Shown in pieces: positions 40,449-49,345 of a DNA stretch of 64,000 nt. The position numbers were made by a program, and so were the translations under genes. Every line of letters begins with the position of its first letter. Position 1 is the stretch's first letter. The DNA is taken from positions 1-64,000 of the forward strand of contig JBAXWY010000001.1 in the NCBI GenBank assembly GCA_037128175.1. Direction: 5' to 3'. The DNA is from Methanothrix sp. Lineage in GTDB: Archaea; Halobacteriota; Methanosarcinia; Methanotrichales; Methanotrichaceae. Below the pieces are notes generated by a model. It saw only the letters and a list, made by a program, of their open reading frames with translations, searched no databases and was not told where the DNA came from.

Positions 40449-42026
40449 TTATTCATTCCCAAGATTCTTATATTTACTGGTGCCGACAACCTCAATTTGC
40501 ATGGCATCCGGGAAGGTCTCGGTGGTCTCACCTAAAGTGGCCACAATATCTACCCGGTAGGCGCCGGTTGCCACATTAGCATTCCAAATTCCGGCAAACT
40601 CGTCTCCGTCAGATTTGATGCGTTTCATTACAACCCGCGAGACTGTATCACCCGATGGGCTCAATATCTGAGCCGATACAGTGAAACCTTTTTCCGCCGC
40701 GCTTTTTTGTGCCTGAGATGTGGAGCCGATCAACACCGCGCCACCGGTGCTACTCAGGTCGGCATATCCTTGCGGCGAGCCAAATCCACAGGTAGCGCAT
40801 CCTTTGATGGTCAGAATAGTTTCGTTGCCGCTCCGGTTAACGTTTTTTGGCAGGCCGGCAGAGCTTATGTTCTTCCCTTCGAAGAGCGCCGTTATCTGAA
40901 CAACATCTCCTATCTTGGCGGGATTGGGCTTGGCATAAGCCTTCTGCAAGGCGATGTCCAATTTAGGCGAATTGGCCTGCCAATCCTGCCAGGAGTAAAT
41001 TCTGGCATCATAGTCCAACAGAGTCAAGGCGAGCCAGATCATGGAAGCCTTGACGCCGGTATTGGTGTAGACTACAACGGACCTATTTTTATCCAGAGAA
41101 GAGAATAGATTACCCAGCTCTTCTTTATCCTTGATCCTTTTGTCGTCCAGGACTCGATCATAAGGAATATTTACGCTTCCTGATACAGATCCTACATCAA
41201 ATTCCTTGGCAGTTCTGGCATCTATGATCTGGGGCGTGCCGCTATGCACAAACTCATAAGTGGCCAGGAGATCGGACTTTATGGAAGGAGTATAGGTCTG
41301 AGAAGATAAAGACGCAGAATGTGTTACCGTGGGCCGCTGGGCTGCCACCCAGTCGTCGATGCCTCCGTCCAGCAGTTTGACATTCTTATGGCCCAGATAC
41401 AACATTATCCAGTAAACATAAGTTGCAGCCGATGGCCCTCCGCCGCAAGGCTGGCATTCACCATAAATTAGGACCGCATCATCCTCTGATATGCCTGCCT
41501 CTCCTAAAACTGCCGCCATCTCGGACACGGGCTTAAGAACGCCCCCCGGACCAAGAAATTCGGTATAAGGGATGCTTATAGCTCCGGGAATATACTCGGT
41601 AGAGCTCGGGCTGATATCAAGAATTATACCTGAACCATTGGCGCTCTCCAGGGGCACCAGAACAGAGGCAAAGCCATCGCTTCTCTTTGCATTTATGTGG
41701 CTGCTGAGCAAAGCGCTGGAGACCTTGCTGTCTGTTGGACTTTGTGCCCCTGTTACTGATGCTAATGCCTTGATTTTCTCTGCTTGCAAGGAAGGATTGT
41801 TCTCCCTGTTGTACTTGGGATTGACAAGACCACCTGTGCTGGACATCACCTCTGTTGTTGCATTCTCTTTGCCCAGGAACACCGCCCACTCGTTATTCAG
41901 CACGTCCTGTTGAGTGGTAGGCGATCCGCCTTTGCAGAGGGAGCATTCTCCATTGACGTTGGATACAGCACCTGCAAATATCGCCATCATTAGCAGGATG
42001 CACATGGCAATTCTTGAGATAATCAT
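40449..42026 (-). CDS. Secreted tandem-rhodanese protein with CxxC motifs and Ig-like C-terminus
   Basis: IPGAISIP, GISEDD, LDGG, IDAR; active-site loop YTNTG; CSLC, CQPC, CATC. Confidence 0.85.
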   Translation of the reverse strand: MIISRIAMCILLMMAIFAGAVSNVNGECSLCKGGSPTTQQDVLNNEWAVFLGKENATTEVMSSTGGLVNPKYNRENNPSLQAEKIKALASVTGAQSPTDSKVSSALLSSHINAKRSDGFASVLVPLESANGSGIILDISPSSTEYIPGAISIPYTEFLGPGGVLKPVSEMAAVLGEAGISEDDAVLIYGECQPCGGGPSAATYVYWIMLYLGHKNVKLLDGGIDDWVAAQRPTVTHSASLSSQTYTPSIKSDLLATYEFVHSGTPQIIDARTAKEFDVGSVSGSVNIPYDRVLDDKRIKDKEELGNLFSSLDKNRSVVVYTNTGVKASMIWLALTLLDYDARIYSWQDWQANSPKLDIALQKAYAKPNPAKIGDVVQITALFEGKNISSAGLPKNVNRSGNETILTIKGCATCGFGSPQGYADLSSTGGAVLIGSTSQAQKSAAEKGFTVSAQILSPSGDTVSRVVMKRIKSDGDEFAGIWNANVATGAYRVDIVATLGETTETFPDAMQIEVVGTSKYKNLGNE

Positions 42027-42048
42027 GGCCTTTGCCCTCGAATACTAT

Positions 42049-43197
42049 TCAAGCCGTCGCCGTCGCATTAGTCGCATCTGCCTTGCCTAGTGCCACCTGG
42101 TTGTACAGATAATTCTCATAGGAGTACAGCCGGGCATCGTATCCCTGGAGAGTCAGGGCAAACCAGACCACCGATCCCTTCAAGCCGGTATTGGTGTAAA
42201 CTACCACAGGCCGATTCCTGTCGAGAAAGGCAAAGACTCGGGCAAGCTTGGTTTCATCCCTGATTTTGCTATTGATGATTACATTATCGTAGGGAATGTT
42301 GATTGCACCGGGAATGGAGCCCGCGCCGAACTCCTGCATGGTTCTTGCATCCACGATCTGGGCCGAGCCGCTCATCACATAATTGTAATCGGCTGAAAAA
42401 TTCCAAATGATTTGTGGTGTGTAGGTTTTGGCGGGCATGATCGCCGTCTCTGCGGCCGTCGGCTTTCCGGCTAGAGCCCAATCCTTGACAGTTCCATCCA
42501 GCACTCTGACATTCTCCTGGCCCAGGGACCTCATGATCCAGTAGACAAAGGTCGCGGGCGCGGGTCCTCCTCCACAGGGCATGCATTCGCCGTAGATGAC
42601 CAGCGGGTCACCCTGGGAAATTCCGGCATCTCCCAACATCTTTGCCAGCTCGGCCTCTGATCGCACATTTGTGCCGTTGAGAAAATTCGTATAAGGAATG
42701 GCAATCGATCCCGTGATGTGTTTTGTGGCGTTCTCGCTGATGTCTAGCAATACCTGGGAGCCAGTGACCTCGTCAATAGGAGCGAGCAATCCCTTGGCAT
42801 CTGCGCTGCGTACAATGGACATGTTCTCCTCCGCGATTTTGCGCGGCTCGGTCTTCTTTGCCAGGCTTTCGGTGGTGTTGTTCACCGGGACATTTTCCTG
42901 CAGCGAATTGCTCTCTTCGCTGGCATCTGTTTTATTGAAGCCGGCTAAGGGCTGTTTCCAGATTCCCACCCGGTTCTTCTGAGCCGTGCTCAGGCCAGGC
43001 ATGACCTCCACCTTTCCTGCATTGGGATTTCCGATCTCATCGAGTTTTTTCATTGGGTCCCAGCCTGAATCGCCCTTGCAGGCATCGCAATAGGCTTCGC
43101 CCCCGTATGCTGCATTTGCCAGCACCAATAACGCTAGCAGCGCTAAGATGCCCACACCCACTAAACAGGATCCCAAACATGATCTGAATGTTGTCAT
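42049..43197 (-). CDS. Secreted tandem-rhodanese protein with CxxC motifs
   Basis: VDAR, IPGAINIP, YTNTG; CDAC, CMPC; signal peptide. Confidence 0.85.
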   Translation of the reverse strand: MTTFRSCLGSCLVGVGILALLALLVLANAAYGGEAYCDACKGDSGWDPMKKLDEIGNPNAGKVEVMPGLSTAQKNRVGIWKQPLAGFNKTDASEESNSLQENVPVNNTTESLAKKTEPRKIAEENMSIVRSADAKGLLAPIDEVTGSQVLLDISENATKHITGSIAIPYTNFLNGTNVRSEAELAKMLGDAGISQGDPLVIYGECMPCGGGPAPATFVYWIMRSLGQENVRVLDGTVKDWALAGKPTAAETAIMPAKTYTPQIIWNFSADYNYVMSGSAQIVDARTMQEFGAGSIPGAINIPYDNVIINSKIRDETKLARVFAFLDRNRPVVVYTNTGLKGSVVWFALTLQGYDARLYSYENYLYNQVALGKADATNATATA

Positions 43198-43242
43198 TGT
43201 CTCCCCTTTTTAATACACATAATATAAATCATAAAATACAAC

Positions 43243-44694
43243 TTATGAAGAGGTAAAGCCGCGTCTTGCGGTAACCTCGACCTCGCCCAAAGTCTCTTGC
43301 AACTCATATCCTCGCGCATCTTTTGCACTAAGGACAATATCGTACCTTCCCGGTTCCAGCAGAGCTGTGGAGAAGTCCCCCTGATAGAAATCTCCGGACA
43401 AAACCAGTCTGCTGTAGCCTTGCGCTTCCAATCCATCTTGATAAGCGCGAGCGGTTACCTGCAAGAGATCGTACCTGGACTTCAGCTTTGCCTTGATGGC
43501 GATCGCGTCACCCACTCTTGCTTTCCCAGGAGTCATCTCTTTGGCAAGGATGGAAATCTGCTTGACCTGTTCGCCCATAATGGGATACTGATCTATTCCA
43601 GTCTCGCTTATCCTGTAAGGCACATCCCCAAAGCCGTCCTTGCCGGGGGCTTCTTGCCCGGGTCCTTGCATCGCATCCAGGCCACTGTAGTCGCTCCAGA
43701 GGTTTCCGCCCTTAGGATATTTTGCGTTCCAGCGGTTTATTCCTCGATCGTCGGCTTGAATGACATTGTCAGCTATGCGGTTGCCGTAGATTTCATTTTG
43801 GCTCGACTCCAGGAATATTCCCGTCTGGCTGTCGGAGATGTTGTTATAAATGATGGTATTGCCATCCGAGCGGCTCTGTATCTGTAATCCATAGCGTCCG
43901 TTGCCTCGTATAACGTTTCCGCTAATGGTGTTTTGACCTGAATCTTCCATAAGGGTCAGTCCGGCCACCACGTTATCCTCCATGGTGTTGTTGATGACGA
44001 GATTATCCGTGCAGTTGATGCGCAGATCCAGACCGGAGTTGGTATTCCTGGACAGGTCGTTCTTTTCGATGAGATTGTCGGCGCAATCGGTGAACATGTA
44101 AAGGCCGTACATATTCCCTTGCAGCACGTTTCCACTTATGGTATTATTGCTGCAGGAAGGAAAGAGATTGATGCCGTAAGCGCCATTGCCGTAGGCCACA
44201 TTGTTCGTGATGAGGTTGTCGTTGGAGTTGGATAGGTATATTCCATACCAGCCCTCTCCCACTATGCCGTTAAAGCTGGCATTGTTCCCGGTGATGGTAT
44301 TTCCGTCGGAAAAGATGAGAGCAATGCCGGGCTGAGTACAGTAGATTACGGTGTTGTTGGAAACATTGCAGCCCGACACACTGTTGAGCTTTATTCCATA
44401 AAAACCGTCTCTGACCGTAAAGCCGCTGATGCCCACGTTGTCCGCATCTATGTTTACGCAGGCGTCTCTATTTCCGGCCCGGATTACCGCACCATTGCCC
44501 ACCAGATCCAGGCTCTTTTGTATGGTTATTTTGTCGTAGACTCCCTTAGCTACCTGCAGGGTATCTCCGGGAGAGGCAGCATCAATCGCAGCTTGCAGAT
44601 TCGAGCTTACCGGTATCGTGGCACCGTTCGCGAAGGAAGAAATCAGCAAGGCTGCCGACATGATGCAAAAGGCGATAGATCTCAAGCAACCCAC
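43243..44694 (-). CDS. Secreted NosD/CASH beta-helix protein with Ig-like C-terminus
   Basis: LQAAIDAASPGDT, Asn-rich repeats, GGNLWSDY...DGFGDVPY. Confidence 0.9.
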   Translation of the reverse strand: MGCLRSIAFCIMSAALLISSFANGATIPVSSNLQAAIDAASPGDTLQVAKGVYDKITIQKSLDLVGNGAVIRAGNRDACVNIDADNVGISGFTVRDGFYGIKLNSVSGCNVSNNTVIYCTQPGIALIFSDGNTITGNNASFNGIVGEGWYGIYLSNSNDNLITNNVAYGNGAYGINLFPSCSNNTISGNVLQGNMYGLYMFTDCADNLIEKNDLSRNTNSGLDLRINCTDNLVINNTMEDNVVAGLTLMEDSGQNTISGNVIRGNGRYGLQIQSRSDGNTIIYNNISDSQTGIFLESSQNEIYGNRIADNVIQADDRGINRWNAKYPKGGNLWSDYSGLDAMQGPGQEAPGKDGFGDVPYRISETGIDQYPIMGEQVKQISILAKEMTPGKARVGDAIAIKAKLKSRYDLLQVTARAYQDGLEAQGYSRLVLSGDFYQGDFSTALLEPGRYDIVLSAKDARGYELQETLGEVEVTARRGFTSS

Positions 44695-44717
44695 CTTCCT
44701 CAGAAGCGATCGTGAGG

Positions 44718-44753
44718 TTAATAAAGCTTACGTTGCGGATTTTTCATCCGCAA
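44718..44753 (-). promoter_or_regulatory. TATA box with adjacent perfect inverted repeat (candidate operator)
   Basis: TTGCGGAT-N5-ATCCGCAA at 44733-44753; TTTATTAA on minus strand at 44718-44725. Confidence 0.5.
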
Positions 44754-44862
44754 GTTGAAGGACAAACACATCAGCGCCCAGCGTTCATATGAGGAATGAG
44801 TGGTTTTTTGCAGCTCATAATATAATTCACCTTGCATACCGTTCCAATCCTCGTAATTCCCC

Positions 44863-45234
44863 TTACTCCATCTCTCCTTCTTCCACCGCCTCGCGTGGCG
44901 CGAGCAAGAGCTCATTGAAGAGCAGGATCTCAATCACCTGGGCCACATAGCGCCTCTGCTGATACCTCTGGATATCCTGGGTCATCATCAGCTCCGCCTC
45001 CACCTGCACCCGGATCAGGCAGAGCCTCATGTCCCTCTGGTCCTCCTCCTGGATGCAGAGGTTGAAGATGTCCTTGAGCAGCCATGGCAGCCTCATGGGA
45101 TTTCTTAGAGCCCTGGCCACGAGCAGGATGTAGCTCTTGATCAGATGGGGCTCTTTGATCTCATCCACTCCGGAAAGCAGCAGCAGATCTTGGGCGGAGA
45201 AATTCTCGCCGTTTACAGTTATGGTGTTATTCAA
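44863..45234 (-). CDS. Hypothetical helical protein, coupled to cobY
   Basis: 123 aa, start overlaps cobY stop. Confidence 0.7.
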   Translation of the reverse strand: MNNTITVNGENFSAQDLLLLSGVDEIKEPHLIKSYILLVARALRNPMRLPWLLKDIFNLCIQEEDQRDMRLCLIRVQVEAELMMTQDIQRYQQRRYVAQVIEILLFNELLLAPREAVEEGEME

Positions 45235-45833
45235 AGGAAATCACCTTGCATTATCTTCTCACAGAGCATGAGGTCCCCCGCCACATTTACATTCACCGCC
45301 AGCTCAATTCTCTCCAATATCAGGTGAAAGTCCTCCTGCTCTTTTTCTATATCGACTCCGTCCAGCACATTTATGCCTGCCGGAACGATGAGACGGCCCT
45401 GGTAGTTGAAGAGGGAATCGGGCCTTCTGCCCAGACGGCTGTGCAGATCGAGGGGGGTATGAGTGGAGAGCGCCGGCTCGGGCCGCCCTTCATAAACCTC
45501 GATGATCTCATCGATCAGATCCGAAGTGACCAGGGGCAGGTCGGCCATGATGATCATAATTGGGTCTGTAACCTCTGCTTTCTTCACGGCCTCAATCATG
45601 TCCGCCACATAGCCATAGCCACCCGTCTCCATCACACAAAGCCCCCTCTCTGTAGCCCATTTTTGGGTGCGGGGCACATTGTCCGTGGTGGCCACAAAGA
45701 TCCTATCCACACCGCTGTCCTCCAAAGCCAGAGCCACATAGTCGATGAGCGGCCTGCCAAAGAGGGTCACCAGCGGCTTTTCCCCCATATTCAGCCGCGA
45801 GCCCCGGCCCCCCGCCATCACCAGAGCGTCCAG
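45231..45833 (-). CDS. cobY: Adenosylcobinamide-phosphate guanylyltransferase
   Basis: (M)DALVMAGGRGSRL..EKP, ADLP, GINV, NVN; adjacent to cobS; probable CTG start. Confidence 0.88.
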   Translation of the reverse strand: MDALVMAGGRGSRLNMGEKPLVTLFGRPLIDYVALALEDSGVDRIFVATTDNVPRTQKWATERGLCVMETGGYGYVADMIEAVKKAEVTDPIMIIMADLPLVTSDLIDEIIEVYEGRPEPALSTHTPLDLHSRLGRRPDSLFNYQGRLIVPAGINVLDGVDIEKEQEDFHLILERIELAVNVNVAGDLMLCEKIMQGDFL

Positions 45834-46582
45834 GGAAGAACACCCCCTAAAGTCAGAGCCACCGCCAGGGCCACCACTCTTGCCACCTCATTGGTTGCAC
45901 CGATTCCGTCCCCGGTGGCCCCTCCAAAGTTCCTCTTGGCCACAAGAACCATGTATTGGGCGGCCACCTGAGCCGCGGCCAGAGCGGCCAGTCCCAGGGG
46001 ACCCAAGGCCGCCGCGCACAAGAGCGCGGATATGACTAGCCCCTGGAGAAACTGCCGCGACCCAGTTCGCTCAATCATGATCTGGCCAAAGCCCTTCTGC
46101 AGGGAAGTGGAGAAGGCGGCAAAGCAGATCATGGCCTCTTTGGCGGAGACTTCCGCGACCAACAGAGCCAGGGGCAGAAGAGTGCGGGGTATGTCGGATA
46201 CAGTCGCGAAAGCGGAAAGCAAGATTATGGCCATAAAAACAGCGCCTCCTGTTCCCAGGGAGACATCCTTCATGGCTGCGACTTTTTTCTCACGAGTGCC
46301 GTGGGCAATCACCCCATCCCCGAAGTCGGCCAGCCCGTCGATATGATTTATGCCGCAGAGCTTATAGAATGCAACTATCACCACAATGGCCACCAGATTA
46401 GCGGGCAGCGCATGCCCCGCCATATAGGCCACGCCGCCCAAAATCGCACCCAAGGCCAGGCCCACCATCGGAAATACGTAAACATGTCTCATCAGGGCCT
46501 CGATGCCCTCCATGGAGATACCTACCGGTATGGTAGACAGCCAGCCAAATCCGGAACGGAGAGCAAAGAGCAGCTCCTTCAA
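45818..46582 (-). CDS. cobS: Cobalamin synthase (adenosylcobinamide-GDP ribazoletransferase)
   Basis: HIDGLADFGDG, MKD..G..G, GGATGDGIGA.NE. Confidence 0.95.
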   Translation of the reverse strand: MKELLFALRSGFGWLSTIPVGISMEGIEALMRHVYVFPMVGLALGAILGGVAYMAGHALPANLVAIVVIVAFYKLCGINHIDGLADFGDGVIAHGTREKKVAAMKDVSLGTGGAVFMAIILLSAFATVSDIPRTLLPLALLVAEVSAKEAMICFAAFSTSLQKGFGQIMIERTGSRQFLQGLVISALLCAAALGPLGLAALAAAQVAAQYMVLVAKRNFGGATGDGIGATNEVARVVALAVALTLGGVLPWTLW

Positions 46583-47058
46583 TGCAAACTCCCTTCGGAC
46601 AGAGCCGCCCGAGTATACATATTGGCGGACACGCCCCCGATGAGCCCGGCCACCACATCATCCATGAAGGGACCCAGGCGGGAGAGGATGCCCGGCTTGG
46701 CCTTGTCGTAGCGAACGTAATCGAAAAGCCCTTTGTAGCCGCCCACATACTTGGCAATGGCAAGACCCAAGACTTCATCCGCGATAAGGCAGGTCAGATC
46801 GTTCTCATAGTCGGCTGGCCGAAGGTTGGGAAGGTTGCATCTCTCTCCCTCCGACTCCAGCAGGACTCCGGCATAAATAAGAAGCGCCAGATTGGGATCT
46901 GATAAAGCGAGAGCCATCTCCTGCAAAAACACAGCCTCTGCCTTCTCGCGCGTCTCCACACCCGGATGGGGGAAGTAAAGCTGCATTGCCGCGGATACGA
47001 TCTCGTCTTCGTTTATTCCCATGCTCTTCAACACATCTCTGATATCTCTCATGGTCAT
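46579..47058 (-). CDS. cobZ: Alpha-ribazole phosphatase CobZ-like (PgpA-like domain)
   Basis: DPN, ADE.LG..IA.Y.GG, KPG....GPFMDD; next to cobS. Confidence 0.8.
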   Translation of the reverse strand: MTMRDIRDVLKSMGINEDEIVSAAMQLYFPHPGVETREKAEAVFLQEMALALSDPNLALLIYAGVLLESEGERCNLPNLRPADYENDLTCLIADEVLGLAIAKYVGGYKGLFDYVRYDKAKPGILSRLGPFMDDVVAGLIGGVSANMYTRAALSEGSLH

Positions 47059-47154
47059 GGTAAGACCTGCTTAGCCGGGGTAGGATAAAAAAATATCTGG
47101 TTAAATCGCGAAGTTATTTAAGGTCTGATTGTCTGATATATATAGGGGAACTCT

Positions 47155-47481
47155 ATGAAGACGATGGTCAAGATTTTCGTGGATCACGAGCATCTGGTTC
47201 GAGTCATAAATACCTTAACGGAGCTGGGCATCACCGGATTTTACCTCGTGGAGTATCAAGGAATGGCACCGAAAACATGGAATACCTTCCGGCTAAGCGA
47301 GAACCTTGATATGGCCTTGAAAGCGATCCGGGACCACTCTGAGCCGGGAGTCATGGTTAACACCGTCGTCGGCTCAGATAAGTGCGAAAAGATCATAAAG
47401 CAGCTCGAGGAAGCTTTAAAAGGGATAAGGTACACGATCATTGGGCACAAAGTTACATCTATAAAGGTGAAAGGGGACTGA
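47155..47481 (+). CDS. MJ1244-family PII-like protein
   Basis: GITGFYLVEYQGM motif, 108 aa. Confidence 0.75.
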   Translation: MKTMVKIFVDHEHLVRVINTLTELGITGFYLVEYQGMAPKTWNTFRLSENLDMALKAIRDHSEPGVMVNTVVGSDKCEKIIKQLEEALKGIRYTIIGHKVTSIKVKGD

Positions 47482-47488
47482 AATATTC

Positions 47489-47716
47489 ATGGAAAACCTC
47501 AAGGATGACGTCGAGCTCGCTCTGGAAAAGATCAGGGAAGGCCTTCGCGTAGATGGTGGAGATGTCGAGCTCGTCGATATAGTGGATGGAATTGTCAAGG
47601 TAAAGCTGCAAGGGCACTGCGCAGGCTGTCCCTTCTCGCAGATGACGCTTAAAAATTTCATCGAGAAAGAACTCATGAAGAGTGTAACGGGCGTAAAAGG
47701 CGTGATTTCCGCCTGA
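47489..47716 (+). CDS. NifU/Nfu C-terminal domain Fe-S carrier
   Basis: DGGDVELV, LQGHCAGCP. Confidence 0.92.
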   Translation: MENLKDDVELALEKIREGLRVDGGDVELVDIVDGIVKVKLQGHCAGCPFSQMTLKNFIEKELMKSVTGVKGVISA

Positions 47717-47780
47717 GGATTGCGCTCAATTTCAGTCGCGCAAATTGATCAATCATTCAAATTACTAAGGAGTCTGGTTT

Positions 47781-48005
47781 ATGTTCCCAACTAAAAAAGT
47801 ACAGAGTCTGGTAGGCAGTAAGATTCAGGTGGAGATGAAGGGCTCACCTCGCTATGTTTTAGAAGGAGTTCTTAACAGTGTGGATGAATACTTGAACCTT
47901 CACCTTCAGGAGACCGTGGAGCTGATCGGCGGCGAGAAGACTCGCTCTTTAGGATCGGTTATCCTGCGTGGCAACAACATTATTCTCATAAGTCCAATTG
48001 AATGA
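47781..48005 (+). CDS. Sm-like (Lsm/SmAP) RNA-binding protein
   Basis: Sm1 G.L..VDEYLNL.L and Sm2 ILRGNNI. Confidence 0.95.
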   Translation: MFPTKKVQSLVGSKIQVEMKGSPRYVLEGVLNSVDEYLNLHLQETVELIGGEKTRSLGSVILRGNNIILISPIE

Positions 48006-48026
48006 AGATGACTAGAGAGGTCGGAA

Positions 48027-48392
48027 ATGTCTGCTGAGGAGGCGCTGGAGTATATAAAGTCGCGTCCTGAAGGAGCCTTGCAGAGTGATCTATGGAAGGT
48101 TTTGAAGATCGATTCTCGAAAATGCTCCCGTATTGTGGCTAAGCTCCTCAAAGATAATCTCATCACCAGAGAGGTGGAGTCGGCAGAAGGCATCAGAACC
48201 TATCGACTCAGTTGCACTATAAAGCCTCGGGGCAGGCGTTTCGATCCACTGCTGGCTCTTGATGCTTTCGAGCCCTGCGCGGGCTGCATCGAGGAGTGCA
48301 TTCCTGAGCATTGCGCCAAGCTCAGTGAGTGGATATTCTCGATCGTGATGGGTGTTGAGGGCGAAGTGGCTGTAGAGAAGGTCAGATTGTAG
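48027..48392 (+). CDS. RPC34-like winged helix + Fe-S protein (TFE beta candidate)
   Basis: G.LQSDLWK.L.IDSRKCSRIV; C-terminal PCAGC..ECIPEHC..L..W. Confidence 0.75.
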   Translation: MSAEEALEYIKSRPEGALQSDLWKVLKIDSRKCSRIVAKLLKDNLITREVESAEGIRTYRLSCTIKPRGRRFDPLLALDAFEPCAGCIEECIPEHCAKLSEWIFSIVMGVEGEVAVEKVRL

Positions 48393-48435
48393 AAAAATGG
48401 CAAGAGCTCTGGCTCTTTGTTATCTTATTTTATCA

Positions 48436-49323
48436 TCACAAGCACATTTTGCGGTACATCATGGCATGTAGCATTGGAATTTTCAGGGCCTTTGCGAGAG
48501 CTGCCAGCTCTTGGGAGCTGGGCATTTGCGCGCGAGCCGGCGGCACGCTCTTTCCACCTTTCGCATAAACGGCCCCGCCTCTCATGCGAGCGCAGATGAA
48601 GCTTCCTGCATCACCCTCCACCAAGATCTCGCCGCCTCGCATCTCTGCGCCCGTGAAGTCACCGGCTCTGCCCCTTACCACAATTCTGCCTCCCTGCATG
48701 AGCGCGCCCGTGTTGGGACCGGCATCGCCCAAAACCTCAATTAGGCCGGCATGCATGAGTATGCCGGTACTCATTCCCGCATCGCCTTGCAGGAGGACGG
48801 TTTTATCAGTGGGATTTCTAGCTCCCAAGGTATCCCTTAAAATGCCGTCGCTGATGGTCAGGCCATTTTTATCGGCAGTGTTCGGCTCCAGGACGGGCAG
48901 GCTTTTTTCCAACGTTTCTGTGACCGAGACGAACTTTCTGTAGCCATTGAGATCGCTGTGTACCTGCACAACGTTTCCCAGTGGGGATTTTATCTCACCG
49001 GAGACATAGATGGCACCGCGTTGCATGGAGATTCCCATGTGGCTGCCCACATTGCCATCCACGATTATCTTGCCCGTTGCCTCAATGGGCCCGCCTTTCC
49101 CCCCCAGCCGCAGCAGATCCACACCCAGACTTGAGCCCAGTCGGCTGCCCGCGTCCCCCAAGATCTCGACCGTTTCGCCCCTGGTAAGGGCCTGAACCAT
49201 TTCGCGAAAGCTGACACCGCTCACGGTTTGATCCATGTCGAGTCTTCTGCCCTGATGCTGCCAGAAAAAATCAAAGGTAAAATCGCAAAGACATCTCTCG
49301 CCCGACGCCTGAATTCGCAGCAT
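48436..49323 (-). CDS. GXGXG beta-helix protein (FwdC/GltB C-terminal-like)
   Basis: Repeated GDAG..G..M.GG.I.V units. Confidence 0.85.
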   Translation of the reverse strand: MLRIQASGERCLCDFTFDFFWQHQGRRLDMDQTVSGVSFREMVQALTRGETVEILGDAGSRLGSSLGVDLLRLGGKGGPIEATGKIIVDGNVGSHMGISMQRGAIYVSGEIKSPLGNVVQVHSDLNGYRKFVSVTETLEKSLPVLEPNTADKNGLTISDGILRDTLGARNPTDKTVLLQGDAGMSTGILMHAGLIEVLGDAGPNTGALMQGGRIVVRGRAGDFTGAEMRGGEILVEGDAGSFICARMRGGAVYAKGGKSVPPARAQMPSSQELAALAKALKIPMLHAMMYRKMCL

Positions 49324-49345
49324 TGCCCATCACCTTTTTTAACGA

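Noticed and set aside
40449-43197. c-type cytochrome or selenoprotein interpretation of the CxxC motifs
   Set aside because: No CxxCH motifs and no in-frame TGA/TAG
45246-45971. 241-aa plus-strand ORF
   Set aside because: Antisense to cobY/cobS
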